From contig OZ024764.1 of assembly GCA_964016885.1 (NCBI GenBank), positions 28,148,001 to 28,212,000 of the forward strand: DNA of 64,000 nt. The letters run 5' to 3'. Made by a program: the position numbers and the translations under genes. The notes beneath the pieces were generated by a model. The model saw only the letters and a program-made list of their open reading frames with translations. It did no database searches and was not told where the DNA came from. Positions 25,801 to 39,250 of the stretch are shown here, piece after piece (within the stretch, counting starts at the first letter, position 1; every line of letters starts with the position of its first letter). This DNA is from Eledone cirrhosa. Its lineage: Eukaryota.

Positions 25801-27590
25801 CGTTGTCGCTTCCCTACAGCACTTCTAAGTGCTGCTTTGTGCAGCTCATAGAAGAGCGTATACATTTTTGTGGGACAGCCCGTTGTCGCCTCTATTCAGC
25901 ACTTCTAAATGCTGCTTTTTGCAGGTCATAGAAGAGCGTATATATTTTTGTGGGACAGCCCGTTGTCGCCTCTATTCATCACTTCAACATGCTGTTTTGT
26001 GCAGGTCATCGAAGAGTGTATACATTTTTGTGGGACAGCCCGTTGTCGCCTCCCTACAGCACTTCTAAGTGCTGCTTTGTGCAGGTCATAGAAGAGCATA
26101 TACATTTTTGTGGGACAGCCCGTTGTCGCCTCTATTCAGCACTCCTAAATGCTGTTTTATGCAGGTCATACAAGAGCGTATACATTTTTATGGGACAGCC
26201 CGTTGTCGCCTTTATTCAGCACTTGCAAATGCTGTTTTGTGCATGTCATCAAAGAGCGTATACATTTTTATGGGACAGCCCGTTGTCGGCTCTATTCAGT
26301 ACTCCTAAATGCTGTTTTATGCAGGTCATACAAGAGCGTATACATTTTTGTGGGACAGCTCGTTGTCGCCTCCTTTCATCACTTCTAAATGCTGCTTGTG
26401 CAGGTCATCGAAGAGCGTATACATTTTTATGGGACAGCCTGTTGTCGCCTCTATTCAGCACTTCTAAATGCTGTTTTATGCAGCTCATACAAGAGCGTAT
26501 ACATTTTTGTGGGACAGCTCATTGTCGCCTCCTTTCAGCACTTCTAAATGCTGCTTTGTGCAGGTCATCGAAGAGCGTATACATTTTTGTGGGACAGCCC
26601 GTTGTCGCCTCTATTCATCACTTCTAAATGCTGCTTTTTGCAGGTCATAGAAGAGCGTATACATTTTTGTGGGACAGCCCGTTGTTGCCTCTATTCAGCA
26701 CTTCAACATGCTGTTTTGTGCAGGTCATCGAAGAGTGTATACATTTTTGTGGGACAGCCCGTTGTCGCCTCCCTACAGCACTTCTAAGTGCTGCTTTGTG
26801 CAGGTCATAGAAGAGCGTATACATTTTTGTGGGACAGCCCGTTGTCGCCTCTATTCAGCACTTCTAAGTGCTGCTTTGTGCAGGTCATAGAAGAGCGTAT
26901 ACATTTTTGTCGGACAGCCCGTTGTCGCCACTATTCAGCACTTCTAAATGCTGTTTTGTGCAGGTCATCGAAGAGCGTATACATTTTTGTGGGACAGCCC
27001 TTTGACGCCTCTATTCATCACTTCTAAATGCTGTTTTATGCAGGTCATCGAAGAGCGTATACATTTTTGTGGGACAGCCCGTTGTCGCCTTTATTCAGCA
27101 CTTGCAAATGCTGTTTTGTGCATGTCATCGAAGAGCGTATACATTTTTGTGGGACAGCCCGTTGTCGCCTCCCTACACCACTTCTAAGTGGTTTTGTGCA
27201 GGTCATAGAAGAGCGTATACATTTTTGTGGGACAGCCAGTTGTCGCCTCCTTACAGCACTTCTAAATGCTGTTTTGTGCAGGTCATCGAAGAGCGTATAC
27301 ATTTTTGTGGGACAGCCCTTTGCCGCCTCTATTCAACACTTATAAATGCTGTTTGGGCAGGTCATAGAAGAGCGTATACATTTTTGTGGGACAGCCCGTT
27401 GTCGCCTCTATTCAGCACGTCTACATGCTGTTTTGGGCAGGTCATCGAAGAGTGTATACATTTTTGTGGGACAGCCCGTTGTCGCCTCTATTCAGCACTT
27501 CTAAATGCTGCTTTGTGCAGGTCATCGAAGAGCGTATACATTTTTGTGGGACAGCCCGTTGTCGCCTCTATTCAGCACTCCTAAATGCTG
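16850..27590 (+). repeat. Long-range duplication: about 16850-20410 copied at about 24030-27590 (offset 7181 bp, about 90 monomers)
   Basis: The ORF series recurs at constant offset 7181 (16814/23995, 17088/24269, 18769/25950, 19888/27069, 20205/27386). Shared markers are the 3-bp deletion GCGTAATTTTT (~17080/24261) and CATCAAAGAG (~19066/26247). Confidence 0.88.
21580..22110 (+). repeat. 159-bp dimer (80+79 bp) sub-array, about 3 tandem copies
   Basis: A monomer with AGTACTCC/TTTTATG/ATACAA alternates with one carrying CCTTTC and the 1-bp deletion TGCTGCTTGTG. Two-copy versions lie near 14080-14440, 15840-16200, 23100-23460, 29800-30160, 34750-35110 and 63660-64000. Confidence 0.88.
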
Positions 27591-29581
27591 TTTTGTGCAG
27601 GTCATACAAGAGCGTATACATTTTTGTGGGACAGCTCATTGTCGCCTCCTTTCAGCACTTCTAAATGCTGCTTTGTGCAGGTCATCGAAGAGCGTATACA
27701 TTTTTGTGGGACAGCCCGTTGCCGCCTCTATTCAGCACTTCTAAATGCTGCTTTTTGCAGGTCATAGAAGAGCGTATACATTTTTGTGGGACAGCCCGTT
27801 GTCGCCTCCCTACAGCACTTCTAAGTGCTGCTTTGTGCAGGTCATAGAAGAGCGTATACATTTTTATGGGACAGCCCGTTGTCGCCACTATTCAGCACTT
27901 CTAAATGCTGTTTTGTGCAGGTCATCGAAGAGCGTATACATTTTTATGGGACAGCCCGTTGTTGCCACTATTCAGCACTTCTAAATGCTGTTTTGTGCAG
28001 GTCATCGAAGAGCGTATACATTTTTGTGGGACAGCCCGTTGTCGCCTCCCTACAGCACTTCTAAGTGCTGCTTTGTGCAGGTCATCGAAGAGCGTATACA
28101 TTTTTGTGGGACAGCCCGTTGTCGCTTCCCTACAACACTTCTAAGTGCTGCTTTGTGCAGCTCATAGAAGAGCGCATACATTTTTGTGGGACAGCCCGTT
28201 GTCGCCTCTATTCAGCACTTCTAAGTGCTGCTTTGTGCAGGTCATAGAAGAGCGTATACATTTTTGTCGGACAGCCCGTTGTCGCCACTATTCAGCACTT
28301 CTAAATGCTGTTTTGTGCAGGTCATCGAAGAGCGTATACATTTTTGTGGGACAGCCCTTTGACGCCTCTATTCATCACTTCTAAATGCTGTTTTATGCAG
28401 GTCATCGAAGAGCGTATACATTTTTGTGGGACAGCCCGTTGTCGCCTTTATTCAGCACTTGCAAATGCTGTTTTGTGCATGTCATCGAAGAGCGTATACA
28501 TTTTTGTGGGACAGCCCGTTGTCGCCTCCCTACACCACTTCTAAGTGGTTTTGTGCAGGTCATAGAAGAGCGTATACATTTTTGTGGGACAGCCAGTTGT
28601 CGCCTCCTTACAGCACTTCTAAATGCTGTTTTGTGCAGGTCATCGAAGAGCGTATACATTTTTGTGGGACAGCCCTTTGCCGCCTCTATTCAACACTTAT
28701 AAATGCTGTTTGGGCAGGTCATAGAAGAGCGTATACATTTTTGTGGGACAGCCCGTTGTCGCCTCTATTCAGCACGTCTACATGCTGTTTTGGGCAGGTC
28801 ATCGAAGAGTGTATACATTTTTGTGGGACAGCCCGTTGTCGCCTCTATTCAGCACTTCTAAATGCTGCTTTGTGCAGGTCATCGAAGAGCGTATACATTT
28901 TTGTGGGACAGCCCGTTGTCGCCTCTATTCAGCACTCCTAAATGCTGTTTTGTGCAGGTCATACAAGAGCGTATACATTTTTGTGGGACAGCTCATTGTC
29001 GCCTCCTTTCAGCACTTCTAAATGCTGCTTTGTGCAGGTCATCGAAGAGCGTATACATTTTTGTGGGACAGCCCGTTGCCGCCTCTATTCAGCACTTCTA
29101 AATGCTGCTTTTTGCAGGTCATAGAAGAGCGTATACATTTTTGTGGGACAGCCCGTTGTCGCCTCCCTACAGCACTTCTAAGTGCTGCTTTGTGCAGGTC
29201 ATAGAAGAGCGTATACATTTTTATGGGACAGCCCGTTGTCGCCACTATTCAGCACTTCTAAATGCTGTTTTGTGCAGGTCATCGAAGAGCGTATACATTT
29301 TTATGGGACAGCCCGTTGTTGCCACTATTCAGCACTTCTAAATGCTGTTTTGTGCAGGTCATCGAAGAGCGTATACATTTTTGTGGGACAGCCCGTTGTC
29401 GCCTCCCTACAGCACTTCTAAGTGCTGCTTTGTGCAGGTCATCGAAGAGCGTATACATTTTTGTGGGACAGCCCGTTGTCGCTTCCCTACAACACTTCTA
29501 AGTGCTGCTTTGTGCAGCTCATAGAAGAGCGCATACATTTTTGTGGGACAGCCCGTTGTCGCCTCTATTCAGCACTTCTAA
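26819..29581 (+). repeat. Near-perfect tandem duplication of a 1357-bp (17-monomer) unit
   Basis: Rare SNPs are shared at offset 1357: TTGTCGGACAG (~26911/28268), CAGCACGTCTAC (~27419/28776) and GAGCGCATAC (~28175/29532). ORF starts 26948/28305 and 28065/29422 agree. Confidence 0.93.
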
Positions 29582-31619
29582 ATGCTGCTTTGTGCAGGTC
29601 GTAGAAGAGCATATACATTTTTGTGGGACAGCCCGTTGTCGCCTCTATTCAGCACTCCTAAATGCTGTTTTATGCAGGTCATACAAGAGCGTATACATTT
29701 TTATGGGACAGCCCGTTGTCGCCTTTATTCAGCACTTGCAAATGCTGTTTTGTGCATGTCATCGAAGAGCGTATACATTTTTATGGGACAGCCCGTTGTC
29801 GGCTCTATTCAGTACTCCTAAATGCTGTTTTATGCAGGTCATACAAGAGCGTATACATTTTTGTGGGGCAGCTCGTTGTCGCCTCCTTTCAGCACTTCTA
29901 AATGCTGCTTGTGCAGGTCATCGAAGAGCGTATACATTTTTATGGGACAGCCCGTTGTCGCCTCTATTCAGTACTCCTAAATGCTGTTTTATGCAGGTCA
30001 TACAAGAGCGTATACATTTTTGTGGGACAGCTCGTTGTCGCCTCCTTTCAGCACTTCTAAATGCTGCTTGTGCAGGTCATCGAAGAGCGTATACATTTTT
30101 ATGGGACAGCCCGTTGTCGCCTCTATTCAGTACTCCTAAATGCTGTTTTATGCAGGTCATACAAGAGCGTATACATTTTTGTGGGACAGCCCGTTGTCGC
30201 CTCCCTACAACACTTCTAAGTGCTGCTTTGTGCAGGTCATAGAAGAGCGTATACATTTTTGTGGGACAGCCCGTTGTCGCCTCTATTCATCACTTCTAAA
30301 TGCTGCTTTTTGCAGGTCATAGAAGAGCGTATACATTTTTGTGGGACAGCCAGTTGTCGCCTCCTTACAGCACTTCTAAATGCTGTTTTGTGCAGGTCAT
30401 CGAAGAGCGTATACATTTTTGTGGGACAGCCCTTTGCCGCCTCTATTCAACACTTATAAATGCTGTTTGGGCAGGTCATAGAAGAGCGTATACATTTTTG
30501 TGGGACAGCCCGTTGTTGCCTCCCTACAGCACTTCTAAGTGCTGCTTTGTGCAGGTCATAGAAGAGCGTATACATTTTTGTGGGACAGCCCGTTGTCGCC
30601 TCCTTACAGCACTTCTAAATGCTGTTTTGTGCAGGTCATCGAAGAGCGTATACATTTTTGTGGGACAGCCCTTTGACGCCTCTATTCATCACTTCTAAAT
30701 GCTGTTTTATGCAGGTCATCGAAGAGCGTATACATTTTTGTGGGACAGCCCGTTGTCGCCTTTATTCAGCACTTGCAAATGCTGTTTTGTGCATGTCATC
30801 GAAGAGCGTATACATTTTTGTGGGACAGCCCGTTGTCGCCTCCCTACACCACTTCTAAGTGGTTTTGTGCAGGTCATAGAAGAGCGTATACATTTTTGTG
30901 GGACAGCCCGTTGTCGCCACTATTCAGCACTTCTAAATGCTGTTTTGTGCAGGTCATCGAAGAGCGTATACATTTTTATGGGACAGCCCGTTGTCGCCTC
31001 TATTCAGTACTCCTAAATGCTGTTTTATGCAGGTCATACAAGAGCGTATACATTTTTGTGGGACAGCTCGTTGTCGCCTCCTTTCAGCACTTCTAAATGC
31101 TGCTTGTGCAGGTCATCGAAGAGCGTATACATTTTTATGGGACAGCCCGTTGTCGCCTCTATTCAGTACTCCTAAATGCTGCTTTGTGCAGGTCATAGAA
31201 GAGCGTATACATTTTTGTGGGACAGCCCGTTGTCGCCTCTATTCAGCACTACTACATGCTGTTTTGGGCAGGTCATCGAAGAGTGTATACATTTTTGTGG
31301 GACAGCCCGTTGTCGCCTCTATTCAGCACTTCTAAATGCTGCTTTGTGCAGGTCATCGAAGAGCGTATACATTTTTGTGGGACAGCCCGTTGTCGCCTCT
31401 ATTCAGCACTTCTAAATGCTGCTTTTTGCAGGTCATAGAAGAGCGTATACATTTTTGTGGGACAGCCCGTTGTCGCCTCTATTCAGCACTTCTAAATGCT
31501 GCTTTTTGCAGGTCATAGAAGAGCGTATACATTTTTGTGGGACAGCCAGTTGTCGCCCCCTTACAGCACTTCTAAATGCTGTTTTGGGCAGGTCATAGAA
31601 GAGCGTATACATGTTTGTG

Positions 31620-34450
31620 GGACAGCCCGTTGTCGCCTCCCTACAGCACTTCTAAGTGCTGCTTTGTGCAGGTCATAGAAGAGCGTATACATTTTTATGG
31701 GACAGCCCGTTGTCGCCACTATTCAGCACTTCTAAATGCTGTTTTGTGCAGGTCATCGAAGAGCGTATACATTTTTATGGGACAGCCCGTTGTTGCCACT
31801 ATTCAGCACTTCTAAATGCTGTTTTGTGCAGGTCATCGAAGAGCGTATACATTTTTGTGGGACAGCCCGTTGTCGCCTCCCTACATCACTTCTAAGTGCT
31901 GCTTTGTGCAGGTCATCGAAGAGCGTATACATTTTTGTGGGACAGCCCGTTGTCGCTTCCCTACAGCACTTCTAAGTGCTGCTTTGTGCAGCTCATAGAA
32001 GAGCGTATACATTTTTGTGGGACAGCCCGTTGTCGCCTCTATTCAGCACTTCTAAATGCTGCTTTTTGCAGGTCATAGAAGAGCGTATATATTTTTGTGG
32101 GACAGCCCGTTGTCGCCTCTATTCATCACTTCAACATGCTGTTTTGTGCAGGTCATCGAAGAGTGTATACATTTTTGTGGGACAGCCCGTTGTCGCCTCC
32201 CTACAGCACATCTAAGTGCTGCTTTGTGCAGGTCATAGAAGAGCATATACATTTTTGTGGGACAGCCCGTTGTCGCCTCTATTCAGCACTCCTAAATGCT
32301 GTTTTATGCAGGTCATACAAGAGCGTATACATTTTTATGGGACAGCCCGTTGTCGCCTTTATTCAGCACTTGCAAATGCTGTTTTGTGCATGTCATCAAA
32401 GAGCGTATACATTTTTATGGGACAGCCCGTTGTCGGCTCTATTCAGTACTCCTAAATGCTGTTTTATGCAGGTCATACAAGAGCGTATACATTTTTGTGG
32501 GACAGCTCGTTGTCGCCTCCTTTCATCACTTCTAAATGCTGCTTGTGCAGGTCATCGAAGAGCGTATACATTTTTATGGGACAGCCTGTTGTCGCCTCTA
32601 TTCAGCACTTCTAAATGCTGTTTTATGCAGGTCATACAAGAGCGTATACATTTTTGTGGGACAGCTCATTGTCGCCTCCTTTCAGCACTTCTAAATGCTG
32701 CTTTGTGCAGGTCATCGAAGAGCGTATACATTTTTGTGGGACAGCCCGTTGTCGCCTCTATTCATCACTTCTAAATGCTGCTTTTTGCAGGTCATAGAAG
32801 AGCGTATACATTTTTGTGGGACAGCCCGTTGTCGCCTCTATTCAGCACTTCAACATGCTGTTTTGTGCAGGTCATCGAAGAGTGTATACATTTTTGTGGG
32901 ACAGCCCGTTGTCGCCTCCCTACAGCACTTCTAAGTGCTGCTTTGTGCAGGTCATAGAAGAGCGTATACATTTTTGTGGGACAGCCCGTTGTCGCCTCTA
33001 TTCAGCACTTCTAAGTGCTGCTTTGTGCAGGTCATAGAAGAGCGTATACATTTTTGTGGGACAGCCCGTTGTCGCCACTATTCAGCACTTCTAAATGCTG
33101 TTTTGTGCAGGTCATCGAAGAGCGTATACATTTTTGTGGGACAGCCCTTTGACGCCTCTATTCATCACTTCTAAATGCTGTTTTATGCAGGTCATCGAAG
33201 AGCGTATACATTTTTGTGGGACAGCCCGTTGTCGCCTTTATTCAGCACTTGCAAATGCTGTTTTGTGCATGTCATCGAAGAGCGTATACATTTTTGTGGG
33301 ACAGCCCGTTGTCGCCTCCCTACACCACTTCTAAGTGGTTTTGTGCAGGTCATAGAAGAGCGTATACATTTTTGTGGGACAGCCAGTTGTCGCCTCCTTA
33401 CAGCACTTCTAAATGCTGTTTTGTGCAGGTCATCGAAGAGCGTATACATTTTTGTGGGACAGCCCTTTGCCGCCTCTATTCAACACTTATAAATGCTGTT
33501 TGGGCAGGTCATAGAAGAGCGTATACATTTTTGTGGGACAGCCCGTTGTCGCCTCTATTCAGCACTTCTACATGCTGTTTTGGGCAGGTCATCGAAGAGT
33601 GTATACATTTTTGTGGGACAGCCCGTTGTCGCCTCTATTCAGCACTTCTAAATGCTGCTTTGTGCAGGTCATCGAAGAGCGTATACATTTTTGTGGGACA
33701 GCCCGTTGTCGCCTCTATTCAGCACTCCTAAATGCTGTTTTATGCAGGTCATACAAGAGCGTATACATTTTTATGGGACAGCCCGTTGTCGCCTTTATTC
33801 AGCACTTGCAAATGCTGTTTTGTGCATGTCATCGAAGAGCGTATACATTTTTGTGGGACAGTCCGTTATCGCCTCTATTCAGCACTTCTACATGCTGTTT
33901 TGGGCAGGTCATCGAAGAGTGTATACATTTTTGTGGGACAGCCCGTTGTCGCCTCTATTCAGCACTTCTAAATGCTGTTTTGTGCAGGTCATCGAAGAGC
34001 GTATACATTTTTATGGGACAGCCTGTTGTCGCCTCTATTCAGCACTTCTAAATGCTGTTTTGTGCAGGTCATACAAGAGCGTATACATTTTTGTGGGACA
34101 GCTCATTGTCGCCTCCTTTCAGCACTTCTAAATGCTGCTTTGTGCAGGTCATCGAAGAGCGTATACATTTTTGTGGGACAGCCCGTTGCCGCCTCTATTC
34201 AGCACTTCTAAATGCTGCTTTTTGCAGGTCATAGAAGAGCGTATACATTTTTGTGGGACAGCCCGTTGTCGCCTCCCTACAGCACTTCTAAGTGCTGCTT
34301 TGTGCAGGTCATAGAAGAGCGTATACATTTTTATGGGACAGCCCGTTGTCGCCACTATTCAGCACTTCTAAATGCTGTTTTGTGCAGGTCATCGAAGAGC
34401 GTATACATTTTTATGGGACAGCCCGTTGTTGCCACTATTCAGCACTTCTA
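31620..34450 (+). repeat. Copy of about 18290-21120 (offset 13328 bp)
   Basis: The ORF series recurs at constant offset 13328 (18769/32097, 19888/33216, 20205/33533, 20324/33652). The rare variant GTCCGTTATCGCC is shared (~20533/33861). Confidence 0.85.
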
Positions 34451-37400
34451 AATGCTGCTTTGTGCAGCTCATAGAAGAGCGTATACATTTTTGTGGGACA
34501 GCCCGTTGTCGCCTCTATTCAACACTTCTAAATGCTGCTTTGTGCAGGTCGTAGAAGAGCATATACATTTTTGTGGGACAGCCCGTTGTCGCCTCTATTC
34601 AGCACTCCTAAATGCTGTTTTATGCAGGTCATACAAGAGCGTATACATTTTTATGGGACAGCCCGTTGTCGCCTTTATTCAGCACTTGCAAATGCTGTTT
34701 TGTGCATGTCATCGAAGAGCGTATACATTTTTATGGGACAGCCCGTTGTCGGCTCTATTCAGTACTCCTAAATGCTGTTTTATGCAGGTCATACAAGAGC
34801 GTATACATTTTTGTGGGGCAGCTCGTTGTCGCCTCCTTTCAGCACTTCTAAATGCTGCTTGTGCAGGTCATCGAAGAGCGTATACATTTTTATGGGACAG
34901 CCCGTTGTCGCCTCTATTCAGTACTCCTAAATGCTGTTTTATGCAGGTCATACAAGAGCGTATACATTTTTGTGGGACAGCTCGTTGTCGCCTCCTTTCA
35001 GCACTTCTAAATGCTGCTTGTGCAGGTCATCGAAGAGCGTATACATTTTTATGGGACAGCCCGTTGTCGCCTCTATTCAGTACTCCTAAATGCTGTTTTA
35101 TGCAGGTCATACAAGAGCGTATACATTTTTGTGGGACAGCCCGTTGTCGCCTCCCTACAGCACTTCTAAGTGCTGCTTTGTGCAGGTCATAGAAGAGCGT
35201 ATACATTTTTGTGGGACAGCCCGTTGTCGCCTCTATTCATCACTTCTAAATGCTGCTTTTTGCAGGTCATAGAAGAGCGTATACAGTTTTTGTGGGACAG
35301 CCAGTTGTCGCCTCCTTACAGCACTTCTAAATGCTGTTTTGTGCAGGTCATCGAAGAGCGTATACATTTTTGTGGGACAGCCCTTTGCCGCCTCTATTCA
35401 ACACTTATAAATGCTGTTTGGGCAGGTCATAGAAGAGCGTATACATTTTTGTGGGACAGCCCGTTGTTGCCTCCCTACAGCACTTCTAAGTGCTGCTTTG
35501 TGCAGGTCATAGAAGAGCGTATACATTTTTGTGGGACAGCCCGTTGTCGCCTCCTTACAGCACTTCTAAATGCTGTTTTGTGCAGGTCATCGAAGAGCGT
35601 ATACATTTTTGTGGGACAGCCCTTTGACGCCTCTATTCATCACTTCTAAATGCTGTTTTATGCAGGTCATCGAAGAGCGTATACATTTTTGTGGGACAGC
35701 CCGTTGTCGCCTTTATTCAGCACTTGCAAATGCTGTTTTGTGCATGTCATCGAAGAGCGTATACATTTTTGTGGGACAGCCCGTTGTCGCCTCCCTACAC
35801 CACTTCTAAGTGGTTTTGTGCAGGTCATAGAAGAGCGTATACATTTTTGTGGGACAGCCCGTTGTCGCCACTATTCAGCACTTCTAAATGCTGTTTTGTG
35901 CAGGTCATCGAAGAGCGTATACATTTTTATGGGACAGCCCGTTGTCGCCTCTATTCAGTACTCCTAAATGCTGTTTTATGCAGGTCATACAAGAGCGTAT
36001 ACATTTTTGTGGGACAGCTCGTTGTCGCCTCCTTTCAGCACTTCTAAATGCTGCTTGTGCAGGTCATCGAAGAGCGTATACATTTTTATGGGACAGCCCG
36101 TTGTCGCCTCTATTCAGTACTCCTAAATGCTGCTTTGTGCAGGTCATAGAAGAGCGTATACATTTTTGTGGGACAGCCCGTTGTCGCCTCTATTCAGCAC
36201 TACTACATGCTGTTTTGGGCAGGTCATCGAAGAGTGTATACATTTTTGTGGGACAGCCCGTTGTCGCCTCTATTCAGCACTTCTAAATGCTGCTTTTTGC
36301 AGGTCATAGAAGAGCGTATACATTTTTGTGGGACAGCCAGTTGTCGCCTCCTTACAGCACTTCTAAATGCTGTTTTGGGCAGGTCATAGAAGAGCGTATA
36401 CATGTTTGTGGGACAGCCCGTTGTCGCCTCTATTCAGCACTTCTACATGCTGTTTTGGGCAGGTCATCGAAGAGTGTATACATTTTTGTGGGACAGCCCG
36501 TTGTCGCCTCTATTCAGCACTTCTAAGTGCTGCTTTGTGCAGGTCATAGAAGAGCGTATACATTTTTGTGGGACAGCCCGTTGTCGCCTCTATTCAGCAC
36601 TCCTAAATGCTGTTTTATGCAGGTCATACAAGAGCGTATACATTTTTATGGGACAGCCCGTTGTCGCCTTTATTCAGCACTTGCAAATGCTGTTTTGTGC
36701 AGGTCATCGAAGAGCGTATACATTTTTGTGGGACAGCCCGTTGTCGCCTCTATTCAGCACTTCTAAATGCTGCTTTTTGCAGGTCATAGAAGAGCGTATA
36801 CATTTTTGTGGGACAGCCAGTTGTCGCCTCCTTACAGCACTTCTAAATGCTGTTTTGTGCAGGTCATCGAAGAGCGTATACATTTTTGTGGGACAGTCCG
36901 TTGTCGCCTCTATTCAGCACTTCTACATGCTGTTTTGGGCAGGTCATCGAAGAGTGTATACATTTTTGTGGGACAGCCCGTTGTCGCCTCTATTCAGCAC
37001 TTCTAAATGCTGTTTTGTGCAGGTCATCGAAGAGCGTATACATTTTTATGGGACGGCCTGTTGTCGCCTCTATTCAGCACTTCTAAATGCTGTTTTGTGC
37101 AGGTCATACAAGAGCGTATACATTTTTGTGGGACAGCTCATTGTCGCCTCCTTTCAGCACTTCTAAATGCTGCTTTGTGCAGGTCATCGAAGAGCGTATA
37201 CATTTTTGTGGGACAGCCCGTTGTCGCCTCTATTCAGCACTTCTAAATGCTGCTTTTTGCAGGTCATAGAAGAGCGTATACATTTTTGTGGGACAGCTCA
37301 TTGTCGCCTCCTTTCATCACTTCTAAATGCTGCTTTGTGCAGGTCATCGAAGAGCGTATACATTTTTGTGGGACAGCCCGTTGTCGCCTCTATTCAGCAC

Positions 37401-37654
37401 TTCTAAATGCTGCTTTTTGCAGGTCATAGAAGAGCGTATACATTTTTGTGGGACAGCCCGTTGTCGCCTCCCTACAGCACTTCTAAGTGCTGCTTTGTGC
37501 AGGTCATAGAAGAGTGTATACATTTTTATGGGACAGCCCGTTGTCGCCACTATTCAGCACTTCTAAATGCTGTTTTGTGCAGGTCATCGAAGAGCGTATA
37601 CATTTTTGTGGGACAGCCCGTTGTCGCCTCCCTACAGCACTTCTAAGTGCTGCT

Positions 37655-39250
37655 TTGTGCAGGTCATCGAAGAGCGTATACATTTTTGTGGGACAGCCCG
37701 TTGTCGCTTCCCTACAGCACTTCTAAGTGCTGCTTTGTGCAGCTCATAGAAGAGCATATACATTTTTGTGGGACAGCCCGTTGTCGCCTCTATTCAACAC
37801 TTCTAAATGCTGCTTTGTGCAGGTCGTAGAAGAGCATATACATTTTTGTGGGACAGCCCATTGTCGCCTCTATTCAGCACTGCTAAATGCTGTTTTGTGC
37901 AGGTCATAGAAGAGCGTATACATTTTTGTGGGACAGCCCGTTGTCGCCACTATTCAGCACTTCTAAATGCTGTTTTGTGCAGGTCATCGAAGAGCGTATA
38001 CATTTTTGTGGGACAGCCCTTTGACGCCTCTATTCATCACTTCTAAATGCTGTTTTGTGCAGGTCATCGAAGAGCGTATACATTTTTGTGGGACAGCCCG
38101 TTGTCGCCTCTATTCAGCACTTCTAAATGCTGTTTTATGCAGGTCATCGAAGAGCATATACATTTTTGTGGGACAGCCCGTTGTCGCCTCCCTACACCAG
38201 TTCTAAGTGGTTTTGTGCAGGTCATAGAAGAGCGTATACATTTTTGTGGGACAGCCCGTTGTCGCCACTATTCAGCACTTCTAAATGCTGTTTTGTGCAG
38301 GTCATCGAAGAGCGTATACATTTTTATGGGACAGCCCGTTGTCGCCTCTATTCAGTACTCCTAAATGCTGTTTTATGCAGGTCATACAAGAGCGTATACA
38401 TTTTTGTGGGACAGCTCGTTGTCGCCTCCTTTCAGCACTTCTAAATGCTGCTTTGTGCAGGTCATCGAAGAGCGTATACATTTTTGTGGGACAGCCCGTT
38501 GTCGCTTCCCTACAGCACTTCTAAGTGCTGCTTTGTGCAGCTCATAGAAGAGCATATACATTTTTGTGGGACAGCCCGTTGTCGCCTCTATTCAGCACTT
38601 CTAAATGCTGCTTTGTGCAGGTCGTAGAAGAGCATATACATTTTTGTGGGACAGCCCATTGTCGCCTCTATTCAGCACTGCTAAATGCTGTTTTGTGCAG
38701 GTCATAGAAGAGCGTATACATTTTTGTGGGACAGCCCGTTGTCGCCACTATTCAGCACTTCTAAATGCTGTTTTGTGCAGGTCATCGAAGAGCGTATACA
38801 TTTTTGTGGGACAGCCCTTTGACGCCTCTATTCATCACTTCTAAATGCTGTTTTGTGCAGGTCATCGAAGAGCGTATACATTTTTGTGGGACAGCCCGTT
38901 GTCGCCTCTATTCAGCACTTCTAAATGCTGTTTTATGCAGGTCATCGAAGAGCGTATACATTTTTGTGGGACAGCCCGTTGTCGCCTCCCTACACCACTT
39001 CTAAGTGGTTTTGTGCAGGTCATAGAAGAGCGTATACATTTTTGTGGGACAGCCCGTTGTCGCCACTATTCAGCACTTCTAAATGCTGTTTTGTGCAGGT
39101 CATCGAAGAGCGTATACATTTTTATGGGACAGCCCGTTGTCGCCTCTATTCAGTACTCCTAAATGCTGTTTTATGCAGGTCATACAAGAGCGTATACATT
39201 TTTGTGGGACAGCTCGTTGTCGCCTCCTTTCAGCACTTCTAAATGCTGCT
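37655..39250 (+). repeat. Tandem duplication of a 798-bp (10-monomer) unit
   Basis: ORF starts recur at offset 798 (37727/38525, 38047/38845, 38285/39083) with the same variant order, including the 2-bp-deleted AAGTGGTTTT monomer. Confidence 0.85.
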
